Below, piece by piece: positions 19,995 to 29,017 of a DNA stretch of 53,117 bases. The notes beneath the pieces were generated by a model that saw only the letters and a program-made list of their open reading frames with translations, was not told the DNA's origin and did not search any database. Numbering within the stretch: position 1 is the first letter of the stretch; every line of letters begins with the position of its first letter. Both the position numbers and the translations under genes were made by a program. The DNA is from a virus (taxonomy: Duplodnaviria > Caudoviricetes): positions 1-53,117 of IMG/VR virus record IMGVR_UViG_3300009705_000021, one strand, 5' to 3'.

Positions 19995-21038
19995 TTAATA
20001 TGGTCTTGTGCCGTCATCACGCCAACACGGAGCCTCGCAAAGACCTCTTTGGCAGTACCAAGAACACGCAGGTGCTCTTCCGTAGTTCATTAGTGTCTTT
20101 AAGTGTTTCCTTGTCACACGCTCATTAAAATCAGTCCACTCTAAAGTTTTAATGAATGCTACAACCGTATCAAGCATCTCTACTTTTTGCTCATCACTTA
20201 GTGCTGATGGTGGGGCAAAGTTTCTCAATCCTTCAAACAAATGTTGAGCCATAGCGACCCTTACCGAGTGATTTGGGTTGCTGACCGTAATAGCATTAGA
20301 CAAACATGGTATCATAGGTACTCCCTCAACACCTGTAATTTTAGTGACCTTCTTTACTGAATAGCCCGATAATTCCATAGGGTTATGCTCAGCCCAATCC
20401 TTAATACAAAATCCGCCTTTACGGTTAGCCCCCCAAAATGGGTGCATTGTAGTCATCGACTCTGCGGGCTTCTTAGGTATTGGGTAAGTTATAGGATTTA
20501 ATGCCCAAGTACGACTCGGAAGCATTACAGCCCAACGACCACGCTTAGGATTATATGTCAGTGGGACACGGGTCAGTTTGCGGGGATAACCCACACCATC
20601 GAGCGAATCTAAACCCTCTGCCATTTTTCTTTGATAGCGGTCTAAGGTTCTCGACCAATGCACACCCGATACAGACTCATTAAATAATTGGTGGATATGA
20701 AAACCACGACCTGTCGCAACAAGTCTAATATCACCATCAAGTCTTGAGATTAAAACTGATACATCAAGTTTAACCTGTTCTATACCGTATCGGTCATTAA
20801 CATCAAAATCCCACCATGCTCTATCAAGGTTGGCTGTCCTATCCTTATCCTCAAGATTGGAGAACGAATAAAGACTCGTGTAAATATCACTTTTTCCATT
20901 CAAAGACTTGATATACTGTCGGAATCGGTTTTCGTCTGCACAGTGTGCTCTTTTCAAACCAATTTCACGGGGGAATAAGAGTAAATCACTCTTGCTCAAC
21001 ACGCCACTTCCAACCGCAATCAATACATGTCGCAACAA
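19995..21038 (-). CDS. Archaeo-eukaryotic primase, PriS-PriL fusion (true start probably ~21000)
   Basis: AEP motifs WWDFD, ATGRGFHIH and LTRVPLTYN; C-terminal PriL Fe-S domain (IPCL...NHSVR...DFNERVT...PACSW...GLCEAPC). Confidence 0.85.
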   Translation of the reverse strand: MLRHVLIAVGSGVLSKSDLLLFPREIGLKRAHCADENRFRQYIKSLNGKSDIYTSLYSFSNLEDKDRTANLDRAWWDFDVNDRYGIEQVKLDVSVLISRLDGDIRLVATGRGFHIHQLFNESVSGVHWSRTLDRYQRKMAEGLDSLDGVGYPRKLTRVPLTYNPKRGRWAVMLPSRTWALNPITYPIPKKPAESMTTMHPFWGANRKGGFCIKDWAEHNPMELSGYSVKKVTKITGVEGVPMIPCLSNAITVSNPNHSVRVAMAQHLFEGLRNFAPPSALSDEQKVEMLDTVVAFIKTLEWTDFNERVTRKHLKTLMNYGRAPACSWYCQRGLCEAPCWRDDGTRPY

Positions 21039-21138
21039 TTACCTCTGCTTCGGGACCATTCTGTTGCCCCGTTACTATTCTCATAGCATCATGTTCAATT
21101 TTGTCACAGCCACATTCTTCACACGCTTTTACTTGCAT
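20986..21138 (-). CDS. TFS/TFIIS-C-like Zn-ribbon microprotein (50 aa)
   Basis: CEECG...PEAEVIVATCIDCGWKWR; own TTTATATA box at 21161-21168. Confidence 0.6.
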   Translation of the reverse strand: MQVKACEECGCDKIEHDAMRIVTGQQNGPEAEVIVATCIDCGWKWRVEQE

Positions 21139-21175
21139 AACTATCCCTACTTTCACCTTGTATATAAACCTATTC

Positions 21176-22021
21176 TTAACTAATCGTAGGGTCTTCACCA
21201 ATACCATGTAGTTCATCGTCACATGACAAGTGGAAGTCGCAATAGTGGGAGCAGAAGTATTCACTCCAATTTGGTGACCAATCACCCGCCTTTAAGTCAG
21301 CAACAACTCTTGTATAGTCTCGCATGAAAGCATCCTTGCTTCTTTTGCCGAGTTTTTCAATGATAGTAATTCCCTTTTCATCACCAAGAAAAACCTCTTT
21401 AGACTTTGATTTTAATGCGGCTTGAGCAGTGCGGTCATTAACACAGTCGGATGAGATAAGCATTATGTGTGTAATCGGTTCTTCATATGTACCCATTAGG
21501 TCAATCATCCGTGCATAGAAAGAAAGTTCTCTTCGTACCCTGCTTTGTTTGGCACTTGAAAGGTCACCTGTTTTCAATTCAACAAGGCATAGACCACCAT
21601 CGGGGTGACGGATGAGGCCATCCCATGCTCCAACCATAACAACATCAAACTCGGGGTCATATACAATGCTTTTATCCTCGTAACTAATTGGTTTGAAGTT
21701 CTCAGCACCCCAAGCATCAAGTCGCTGTTGCTCAAGGCTCGCAAGAGCATCAATAGTGTCATCGTACTTACCACGAGGCAATAATCCTTCAATGTTTTCC
21801 TGAGAATCGTATGCGTCATAGAGTTCTTCTAATGCTTTATGCACATAATTTCCTCTAATCATAGGCTCGGTTGCAGGCAACCACACATCGGGGAATTGAA
21901 CCTTATTCCACCAATACTTGCGCCGACATTGTCGTGCAAGCATAAATGAGGATTTACTAATACGAAGTTTCATACTCCCTTCGAGGAGATTGGGGTCGTA
22001 GGATGACTCAAACTCCACCAT
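21176..22021 (-). CDS. Cas4-like / RecB-family PD-(D/E)XK exonuclease with Fe-S cysteines
   Basis: QCRRKYWW, GNYVHKALE, GAWDG, VELKTG, ELSFYA and a C-terminal CSHYCDFHLSC. Confidence 0.85.
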   Translation of the reverse strand: MVEFESSYDPNLLEGSMKLRISKSSFMLARQCRRKYWWNKVQFPDVWLPATEPMIRGNYVHKALEELYDAYDSQENIEGLLPRGKYDDTIDALASLEQQRLDAWGAENFKPISYEDKSIVYDPEFDVVMVGAWDGLIRHPDGGLCLVELKTGDLSSAKQSRVRRELSFYARMIDLMGTYEEPITHIMLISSDCVNDRTAQAALKSKSKEVFLGDEKGITIIEKLGKRSKDAFMRDYTRVVADLKAGDWSPNWSEYFCSHYCDFHLSCDDELHGIGEDPTIS

Positions 22022-22167
22022 TGTTTGACCCCTCCTTCTGCTTCAACATGAGCCCAACAATAATACAGACCATCATCACCAATACCACCTATCCTATCAA
22101 TCCTATCACATTTGAGATTTGAGCATTCATAAAAAGAAACCCTTTCACTCCGCCTTAGATGACCCAT
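21970..22167 (-). CDS. Possible small Zn-finger protein
   Basis: CSNLKC...YCWAH; fills the operon gap but overlaps both neighbours. Confidence 0.35.
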   Translation of the reverse strand: MGHLRRSERVSFYECSNLKCDRIDRIGGIGDDGLYYCWAHVEAEGGVKQWWSLSHPTTPISSKGV

Positions 22168-22522
22168 TCACAGCACCACCTGCTGAATCCCATTCATCAA
22201 AGTCTTTCAATGAAGAAGGTACTTCGAGGTGTGAAAATCCTTGTTTGCATAATTCACTTTCCTCGTGCTTAGGACATATAGGGAATGCTTCAAACTCTTT
22301 CATTGTTGGTACGAGAACATCTTCGTTGCATCCCGAGCAAGTATGGAAAATTGCGTTATCAGTATTGAGCATCAATACATGAAGCAAAGTATTCATCTGC
22401 TCCATTCGTTGCGAAGTCTCCAAGAGAAACTCCACCAAACTATTATGTTTTTGTTTAAACTCTTCGAGTTCAATAGTTAAGGCCAATGCTGTTTTCTTTT
22501 TAATGTTTGTTCTATCTGTCAT
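22145..22522 (-). CDS. Coiled-coil plus Zn-ribbon hypothetical protein
   Basis: TAATG coupling to polB; heptad helix, then CSGC...CPKH. Confidence 0.7.
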   Translation of the reverse strand: MTDRTNIKKKTALALTIELEEFKQKHNSLVEFLLETSQRMEQMNTLLHVLMLNTDNAIFHTCSGCNEDVLVPTMKEFEAFPICPKHEESELCKQGFSHLEVPSSLKDFDEWDSAGGAVNGSSKAE

Positions 22523-24747
22523 TATAACCACTCCGTAGTTTTTCGGCCTTTCAGTGCATCGTTAAGTGGAGACATATCCCAACCTGCGATACCATAAAGA
22601 GGTTCAATTTTATTAAGAATGAATCTCTCAGCAAAGTGTGTGTAACCGATTTCCGCCTTCGCCATGATTTCAACCACTGAGTCACCACCTATATAACTTC
22701 CGTCTATATCAAGCAGAGTCCAAAAGTAGTCACCCTTGCGATAGTCTTTGCCGAGATTTATAACAGCCCATCGAGCCGCCGCAGATGAACCGCTAAGTGT
22801 TTTGTAATCCGATAGATTCTTTTTCAATTTACCTCGCATAGCCAAATCCTGAGCATCAACCTTACCTTCGACCACATCACTGATATAGACAGATAACTCG
22901 TCGTTAAGGGAATTGACAGACCGACCATCAAGCATAGCCCTCAGTGTTGCTTTCATAGCCTCCTTCATAGTCTTAGGCATTCGAGCCTGTACTACCTCAA
23001 TCCCCTTAATATAATACTCCGGTACATGATGCTGACCTTCAGTCCAAACGACCTTACCTGCATAACGATTCTTTGCTTTCAACAGAATACGCTCGCAATG
23101 TTTTTCATACTCAACAACAATAGGAGCCATATCTCGATTCAATGAATCGTTCAAAGCAATAGAGTCATCAACACCACCTTCGACCTGTACGAATACAGAA
23201 TCAGTGTGACCATAGATAACTTTATGCCCTGCTTCTTCGCATAGTCTCTTTAATTTACCAAGACATTTACGAGATGCCCCTGTGATAGCGGCGGCAACGG
23301 CAGGGTGATACATAGAATAACGACTATCACCACACACCCCATATAGGGATGCTACAAGGGATTTAGTAGCGTACTGTGCCGAATCCCATATACGCTTTTC
23401 ATCATCGGTTGTAGCCACCTTCTTCAATGCCTTGTATTTGTTTCGTTGCTCTGTGAGCAAATCCATCATGCGGCATAACAGACCGGTTTGTGTTGTATCA
23501 AACGACCCGTCTTCACGAATGTTTTCCCATGAAATACCCTCATTCTTAATGTTGGAGTGATACATAGCCGCAACATCGAGAATAGCGACATTTTCGTACA
23601 GACCTGCGGCCACTGTCATAATATCAGCACCCTCATATTCCTCTTTGTCAAACTGAGCCTTAGTGGGAATGCGTTTATCAAATATCTCATCACGCATAAT
23701 CAACACTGATGTGAGCCTTGTCACATATGGTGTTGTCCCAAAGTCACATTGAACGATATGTTGCAGATTCAAATAGTGGTCAATACAGTTTAGCATTTTA
23801 TCTAATTTGGGGAGAAGCCAAACATCTTGGCGGTTGTAATCAACATACAGACCGGTATCAGTATAGTATGTTTCGTGTCCGTCGGGTAAATCAACCTTCT
23901 TCTCTTGCAAACAGAATTGAGACACATCGTTAAGTGACTGACCCGGCAATTGACCATTTTTAGTTTGCCACAACCTGCAAAAAACCTGCATCAAATCCAC
24001 ACATATTCGACCGCTGATTGGTTGGTCATAAGAACCAAGTCTATCACGGGACACTCGCCCATTAGGTGAGACTAAATTATGATTCATACCATTCGCAGAC
24101 ATTCTCTTAAACAGTGTTGATATATCCGCTTGGAGCAACCACCATCCGGCCAACACATCGGGGTCTTTATCATTCATTGTCTTAACGAAGTCGTGAAGCA
24201 TTTCATTTTCATTTGAAAAGACCTTACAACCCATTGGATATACTGTTTGTCTTCTATCCTCTGGGCAATTATTGAAAATCATTTTATCCTTGAGGATGAA
24301 GCCGGTGTGTTTAGTATTAGGCTCCACATACCATGTCATCATCTTCTCCATGTAATTATCATAGACCGACATAACATTCAATTCATCATCCTTGTCGGGA
24401 ATCCATTCAAAATCGAGATACCAAACACGATGCTTATACATCTCAAATGTCTTGCCACTTTCAACAAGGGCTCTATTAGTGAAAGGGATATTGCATTCCC
24501 ATGTTTTCTCAAATCGGTCTTTCAAATCCTTTAAGTCATAAGGGTCACCGAATGTGCATTTGGTTAATTCTTCACCAAACAGACCTGTGTAACCCTCTTC
24601 TTTCTTTAAGCATTCAACAAACTCAGCCTTATCGGACTCCACAAAACCAAAAGGAAAACAAGTAATCTTCTCTTCTTTCCTTTTAAGTGTAGTAGGGTCA
24701 CGATAACGAACAACAATATCACGCTTTCCTTTCCTATCCACTATCAT
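22522..24747 (-). CDS. polB: Family B DNA polymerase
   Basis: Exo I YLDFE, Exo II GWWLLQAD, Exo III YNRQDV; polymerase motifs DVAAMYHS, KSLVASLYG, YGHTDS, KNRYAG and KGIE. Confidence 0.97.
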   Translation of the reverse strand: MIVDRKGKRDIVVRYRDPTTLKRKEEKITCFPFGFVESDKAEFVECLKKEEGYTGLFGEELTKCTFGDPYDLKDLKDRFEKTWECNIPFTNRALVESGKTFEMYKHRVWYLDFEWIPDKDDELNVMSVYDNYMEKMMTWYVEPNTKHTGFILKDKMIFNNCPEDRRQTVYPMGCKVFSNENEMLHDFVKTMNDKDPDVLAGWWLLQADISTLFKRMSANGMNHNLVSPNGRVSRDRLGSYDQPISGRICVDLMQVFCRLWQTKNGQLPGQSLNDVSQFCLQEKKVDLPDGHETYYTDTGLYVDYNRQDVWLLPKLDKMLNCIDHYLNLQHIVQCDFGTTPYVTRLTSVLIMRDEIFDKRIPTKAQFDKEEYEGADIMTVAAGLYENVAILDVAAMYHSNIKNEGISWENIREDGSFDTTQTGLLCRMMDLLTEQRNKYKALKKVATTDDEKRIWDSAQYATKSLVASLYGVCGDSRYSMYHPAVAAAITGASRKCLGKLKRLCEEAGHKVIYGHTDSVFVQVEGGVDDSIALNDSLNRDMAPIVVEYEKHCERILLKAKNRYAGKVVWTEGQHHVPEYYIKGIEVVQARMPKTMKEAMKATLRAMLDGRSVNSLNDELSVYISDVVEGKVDAQDLAMRGKLKKNLSDYKTLSGSSAAARWAVINLGKDYRKGDYFWTLLDIDGSYIGGDSVVEIMAKAEIGYTHFAERFILNKIEPLYGIAGWDMSPLNDALKGRKTTEWL

Positions 24748-24783
24748 ATTCAATGCTACTTAGCACCCATATATAATAATGCC

Positions 24784-25272
24784 TTAAAACGATGATGGTT
24801 TTCGTTCACAGTTAGCGTATATGTCATTTGTGTTGACCGTCTGCGTTGATGATGAAAACCAATCCAACACATCTTCAAAGTTTTCAAGGGAGAATACCCT
24901 AATAAAATCACAAGAATTATGTTGTCTAATCCACGGGTCTCTATCAAGGTGGGGAATGTCATTAACATCATCAGCAAAGACCACGACAGGAATATCCCAC
25001 ATTTTAGCATAGACCATTTCCATAGCAGTTCCTACTGAATGCACTTTTTTCATCCAATTAACAACCATGATGTCGCAATCACGCAACAACATTAAATCTC
25101 TATCGGGAATCAGCGAACGGTAATTATCATCAGTGGATAAACGGTCTGCTATTGGGTTCACAGCAGTAAAGCCCCACTTAGAGCATACTTCTTCTGCCCA
25201 CTCACGCCATTGCTGACTGTAATGAAATGCGGCTTCTCCTTTATGTATTTGACCGGATAGATAAACTTTCAT
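24784..25272 (-). CDS. Nucleoside 2-deoxyribosyltransferase / DNPH1(Rcl)-MilB-like nucleotide N-glycosidase
   Basis: VYLSG, NP, DRDLMLLRDCDIMVV and SVGTAMEMVYA...IPVV motifs. Confidence 0.85.
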   Translation of the reverse strand: MKVYLSGQIHKGEAAFHYSQQWREWAEEVCSKWGFTAVNPIADRLSTDDNYRSLIPDRDLMLLRDCDIMVVNWMKKVHSVGTAMEMVYAKMWDIPVVVFADDVNDIPHLDRDPWIRQHNSCDFIRVFSLENFEDVLDWFSSSTQTVNTNDIYANCERKPSSF

Positions 25273-25571
25273 CAAGCAGACCTCCGACCTCTGCTTCGGG
25301 ATGGGATGCCGTGCTTAACGAGCCATTGGTTGATTGTCATTGGTGATACACCGCAAAGGTCTGCAATTTCTTTTAGCGTTTTGTTTTCGGTGTGGTAGAT
25401 GTTTGCTAACCACTCACGGTCACGGTAAGGTGCGCCTTGCTCAGCAAGCCCTGCTGAAAGGTTGACCCAATGTAGGGTATCATTTAATGAGATTAAAACC
25501 CGTGAATTAAGTATCAATTCAGTTTCAGTCTCATTTCCGTCTTCTTCTATTATTAGTTTGTAGTTTGGCAT
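25272..25571 (-). CDS. HTH DNA-binding protein
   Basis: YRDREWLANIYHTENKTLKEIADLCGVSPMTINQWLVKHGI. Confidence 0.8.
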   Translation of the reverse strand: MPNYKLIIEEDGNETETELILNSRVLISLNDTLHWVNLSAGLAEQGAPYRDREWLANIYHTENKTLKEIADLCGVSPMTINQWLVKHGIPSRSRGRRSA

Positions 25572-25651
25572 AGGTTCATAACCTGCCCAAAGGGGCTTCT
25601 ATGTTCACTCCTACCATTACCCCTATATAAGTATGTTTATAGAGTAGGCGG

Positions 25652-26626
25652 TCAAAGCCACTCAATAGGTGAGGGTAGTGGTTGCCAAAACGCTTCATAT
25701 TGTTCCTTAGTGAGTTTATCCACCACGATTTTGTGCATCTGTTTCTTTCCAATCGGTCTAAGTTTTTCTTTTGCTTTTATCGAGCCAGCACCACGCACTG
25801 CCGCACCTCGATTAACAGGTGTCCCACTATGCTCCCCATCATCAGCCCAACGCTTTGCCGCATAATGGAGCAGTATCAGTGTTGGCTCTTTAACGATGTT
25901 GTCTTGATAATCGACACACGCTGTATTGTTGATTATACCGTTGCCGGTTCTTTCAGTAATCAAATAACCGAGACACTTATCCCCTTGCATGATAAAGACC
26001 GCTAAATGGTTTTCGGGGGCATGACGAGCCACACCATTAAAGTTCTCAACAAAGAAGGTTTGTTGCCATGCTTTCTTGTCTCGTTGTTTCAACCACCGAC
26101 GTGTCAGTAGGCACGCCGACTCAATAACTTCACCTTCAACCCCCCCACGATATAGGCGAATGTCAATATCACCCGACTCCAACAGGCGTAGGGCGTGGTT
26201 ACATGGGCGGCGTAATTGATTCTTATTCACCCCGTATCTATCGCTGAACGCATCAAGACGATACACATACTCTGCATTCCCCTTATCTGCTTTCATCTCC
26301 CAAGCCCACTTGCATTCTTTAATGTCTTCATCGGACATTAAGGTCGTGATATTTTCATGTGCAAACATGAGCATTACTTCTGCTGACTTGTCACCGATAG
26401 GAGGGATAATCAAATAGCATACAGGTGTTCCCATGATAGACCGCTTCTTGATAATACATAGACAGTCCTCAACAATTCCCCATTTGAATACATGAGGTTG
26501 GTGCATTAGTCTTAGGGGGGATTCATAGAATCGAGCGAAGGTGCGGTTGTATCTATGCAACCATTCGGTCAGCATAGGGTAATCATCAATAGTGAACCCT
26601 TTGAAGTGTGACAGATTCAAAGCCAT
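25652..26626 (-). CDS. DUF2156 / MprF-FemABX-type GNAT-fold transferase (aminoacyl-tRNA-dependent family)
   Basis: EYVYRLD...G...LRRPCNH, GYLITE and VNRGAAVRGAGSIKAKEKLRP match the DUF2156 pattern (Y.Y...L.G..R..N; N...D.G..GL+.AK...P). Confidence 0.65.
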   Translation of the reverse strand: MALNLSHFKGFTIDDYPMLTEWLHRYNRTFARFYESPLRLMHQPHVFKWGIVEDCLCIIKKRSIMGTPVCYLIIPPIGDKSAEVMLMFAHENITTLMSDEDIKECKWAWEMKADKGNAEYVYRLDAFSDRYGVNKNQLRRPCNHALRLLESGDIDIRLYRGGVEGEVIESACLLTRRWLKQRDKKAWQQTFFVENFNGVARHAPENHLAVFIMQGDKCLGYLITERTGNGIINNTACVDYQDNIVKEPTLILLHYAAKRWADDGEHSGTPVNRGAAVRGAGSIKAKEKLRPIGKKQMHKIVVDKLTKEQYEAFWQPLPSPIEWL

Positions 26627-27870
26627 TCCAAATCCTCAAGTTTATCCTCAAGGTCTAAGAAAGGGTATTCCTCTTTAATTTGACTTGGGTCGCCCTTGAA
26701 GAATATGAGAATGTTTTGATGTGTCTTACCGAGTTTACGATTCTGTGCAAATTGCTTGTGAATGCGTATAGGTAAAGACCCAGCAACAGTCAGCAGAATA
26801 CATTCATTATAGAGTTTAGCCCCTGCGTCTTCAAACGCACTGATAGTGTCGCTTACGAAGTTCCGATAGAAACCATCCTTGTCTCTGTAATCACCAACAA
26901 CAAAAATTGCGAACCGATTATTGTTAAGACAGGCCACCGATTCTTTGATAATTTCTCGGTATGCTTCAATAAATCCTTCATGGGTCATAGTGGATAAATC
27001 CTTTGGGTCTTCGGAATATACTTCGAGGTCACCGTATGGTGGGCAAGAAAACACAAGGTCATGATTGCCACCGAGGTGTTCTTTAATATCCAAAGCGTCT
27101 CCAACACACCAATTAGGCATAGGTTTTCCATCCTCGCCTTGAAGAATCTCTAATCCTTGAATCCTATTTGCTTGCACTTGTTCAGCACGCAACTCCATTC
27201 CCGAGTATTGATACCCGAGTTCAGCCGCAACAATACCACGCACTGAACCACCACAGAAAGGGTCAAGTATTTTGCCGTCAAGTGGAGTAAACCAACGATA
27301 CATCAATTCACACACAACAGGGTCGAATATACTTGTACCTGCCGCACGGCGAGCCGTTCCGGTTTCGGTAGCCCATTCGGGTTTTAGACCTTCATTGTTA
27401 AGGTTGGAGTTCAAATCGGATTGAAAGCGACTATTGTCTTGCAGTGTTGCTTTCATACCATCGTCGGTTGAATGCAACCAAACACTATTTTTACCTGTGC
27501 CTCCTCCCGGAATTGCTCGTAAATCCTTTTCTTTCTTTGATTCGTTCCACTGTTGTTTGTCTCCAATAGCGAAGGTCTTTGCACTTGCACCCTTAGATGC
27601 TGATGCGGCGACCACTTCATCGGATAGAAGGACACCTTGTTTCTGTAATTGCTCTATATCATATGCTTTCTTACCATACATGTAGGTTTGATTGCTCTTT
27701 GACATAGCGATAAGTGCTTCACCACGACCCAATTCACTTCGGATGCCTTTAGCAAGCCACCATCGTTTCTTCTCTTGATGATAACCTTGTTGAGCATTTA
27801 TTACACTGAATGGTGGAGCACCGTAGCGTTGCACCAATGTTGCTCGTTGAATGTGTCTTTCAATTGACAT
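26617..27870 (-). CDS. Phage-type amino-DNA methyltransferase-fold protein (N4mC/N6mA class)
   Basis: PPFSV N-terminus, TSIFDPV, motif I LDPFCGGSVRG, motif IV FSCPPY; GAGGTGA RBS before ATG at 27870. Confidence 0.85.
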   Translation of the reverse strand: MSIERHIQRATLVQRYGAPPFSVINAQQGYHQEKKRWWLAKGIRSELGRGEALIAMSKSNQTYMYGKKAYDIEQLQKQGVLLSDEVVAASASKGASAKTFAIGDKQQWNESKKEKDLRAIPGGGTGKNSVWLHSTDDGMKATLQDNSRFQSDLNSNLNNEGLKPEWATETGTARRAAGTSIFDPVVCELMYRWFTPLDGKILDPFCGGSVRGIVAAELGYQYSGMELRAEQVQANRIQGLEILQGEDGKPMPNWCVGDALDIKEHLGGNHDLVFSCPPYGDLEVYSEDPKDLSTMTHEGFIEAYREIIKESVACLNNNRFAIFVVGDYRDKDGFYRNFVSDTISAFEDAGAKLYNECILLTVAGSLPIRIHKQFAQNRKLGKTHQNILIFFKGDPSQIKEEYPFLDLEDKLEDLEWL

Positions 27871-27875
27871 ACTAA

Positions 27876-28691
27876 TCACCTCTTTAGGACAGATGCTTGG
27901 TAAATCCAATCACCATTGTCGAAGCGAATGATGGCACGAATACCTTGACCTTCGGGGCGGAAATCAATAAAGTGCAAATGAACCTCGCCACCGTAGTTAG
28001 AAATGATTTGGTCTATCCCACCTTCAAGTGTCGTTTTGAAGTCTTCACCGGAATGAGAATCACTAAGTGTTATGCTTGTTTGACCTTTAAGTGTGTCACC
28101 AACATGAAGCGATAGTGTTCCCGTGTTATGCTCGAATGCAAATTGATTCAGTTTTTGACCATTGATATTGTCACAGCGCATAGCACTTGCGAGTTCTCCA
28201 CATGGTAGTGTAGCCTTGAAGAATGGTGCTCGGGTTGAACCGTCACGCATTATGTAACCTTCTTCACTGATTTGAGCAGATAAGCCAACAGATTTTTCCT
28301 CCCATTCACTGATTGTTTCATTGGAATGAGGAAACGCCAAAGCACCTGCCTCAGCATTAAGCGAGGTTTGTTTCTTGCCGGATTTGATACGAAGCATTCC
28401 TCCGTCTTGTTTGATAGTGACTTCACCACTGTGAGCACTTAACACACCCATAAGTCTTTCAATGTCGGGTACAACAAGACCTTCTTCTGCCTCATCCCAC
28501 TTTGCTCCGATAGTAAATGTACCAATAGATGTTCGACCATCACGGACAAGTGAAGTAGTGGATGCTGATGTGCCGTCTTCGGTAGGCCGAAGGACACAAG
28601 CAATAACCTGCTGTTGAGGTTTTCCGTTCACGAATTGTTTTCTGCTTGTAATCTCTAATAGATTCTTTAGTGCGCCGCTTGTTGTCTGCAT
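27876..28691 (-). CDS. PCNA-like sliding clamp (divergent)
   Basis: 271 aa, two-domain alpha/beta pattern, C-terminal IIRFDNGDWIYQAS resembles the PCNA C-terminus; context with RFC and PolB. Confidence 0.65.
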   Translation of the reverse strand: MQTTSGALKNLLEITSRKQFVNGKPQQQVIACVLRPTEDGTSASTTSLVRDGRTSIGTFTIGAKWDEAEEGLVVPDIERLMGVLSAHSGEVTIKQDGGMLRIKSGKKQTSLNAEAGALAFPHSNETISEWEEKSVGLSAQISEEGYIMRDGSTRAPFFKATLPCGELASAMRCDNINGQKLNQFAFEHNTGTLSLHVGDTLKGQTSITLSDSHSGEDFKTTLEGGIDQIISNYGGEVHLHFIDFRPEGQGIRAIIRFDNGDWIYQASVLKR

Positions 28692-28731
28692 AATATCACC
28701 TGTCCGTTTCCCCTATATAAGTATTTATAAT

Positions 28732-29007
28732 TTAAGAGGAATTATTAGGATTGAAGACGGGATTGTAATAAACATCAGCCACAGCGACCTTATTCATAGT
28801 AGCAACATATTGTGCTAATTGTTCGACCGCCGATGCCAATTGGTTACAGGAGGGACATTCTTGTTCTTGGTCAAATTGTTCTGCGAGTTCTTGAGATATC
28901 TTCTCTTCTAATCTCTCTATTGCGTCTTCAACATCACCAATTTTCTCCAGCAATTCTTTAATTGTTAAGTCCTCATCATCATCGGGTTCGTGTGTGTAAA
29001 TTGACAT
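28732..29007 (-). CDS. Acidic coiled-coil hypothetical protein
   Basis: GAGGTGA RBS; heptad repeat plus CPSC. Confidence 0.65.
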   Translation of the reverse strand: MSIYTHEPDDDEDLTIKELLEKIGDVEDAIERLEEKISQELAEQFDQEQECPSCNQLASAVEQLAQYVATMNKVAVADVYYNPVFNPNNSS

Positions 29008-29017
29008 ATTAATCACC

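Noticed and set aside
21176-22021. Cas4-like gene as evidence of a CRISPR-Cas locus
   Set aside because: There is no cas1, cas2 or effector gene and no array of identical repeats. Solo Cas4-like nucleases are common in viral replication modules.
22522-24747. Intein or intron in polB (also checked rfcS and the MCM-like gene)
   Set aside because: The motifs are contiguous and the lengths are minimal, with no C/S...HN splice junctions.
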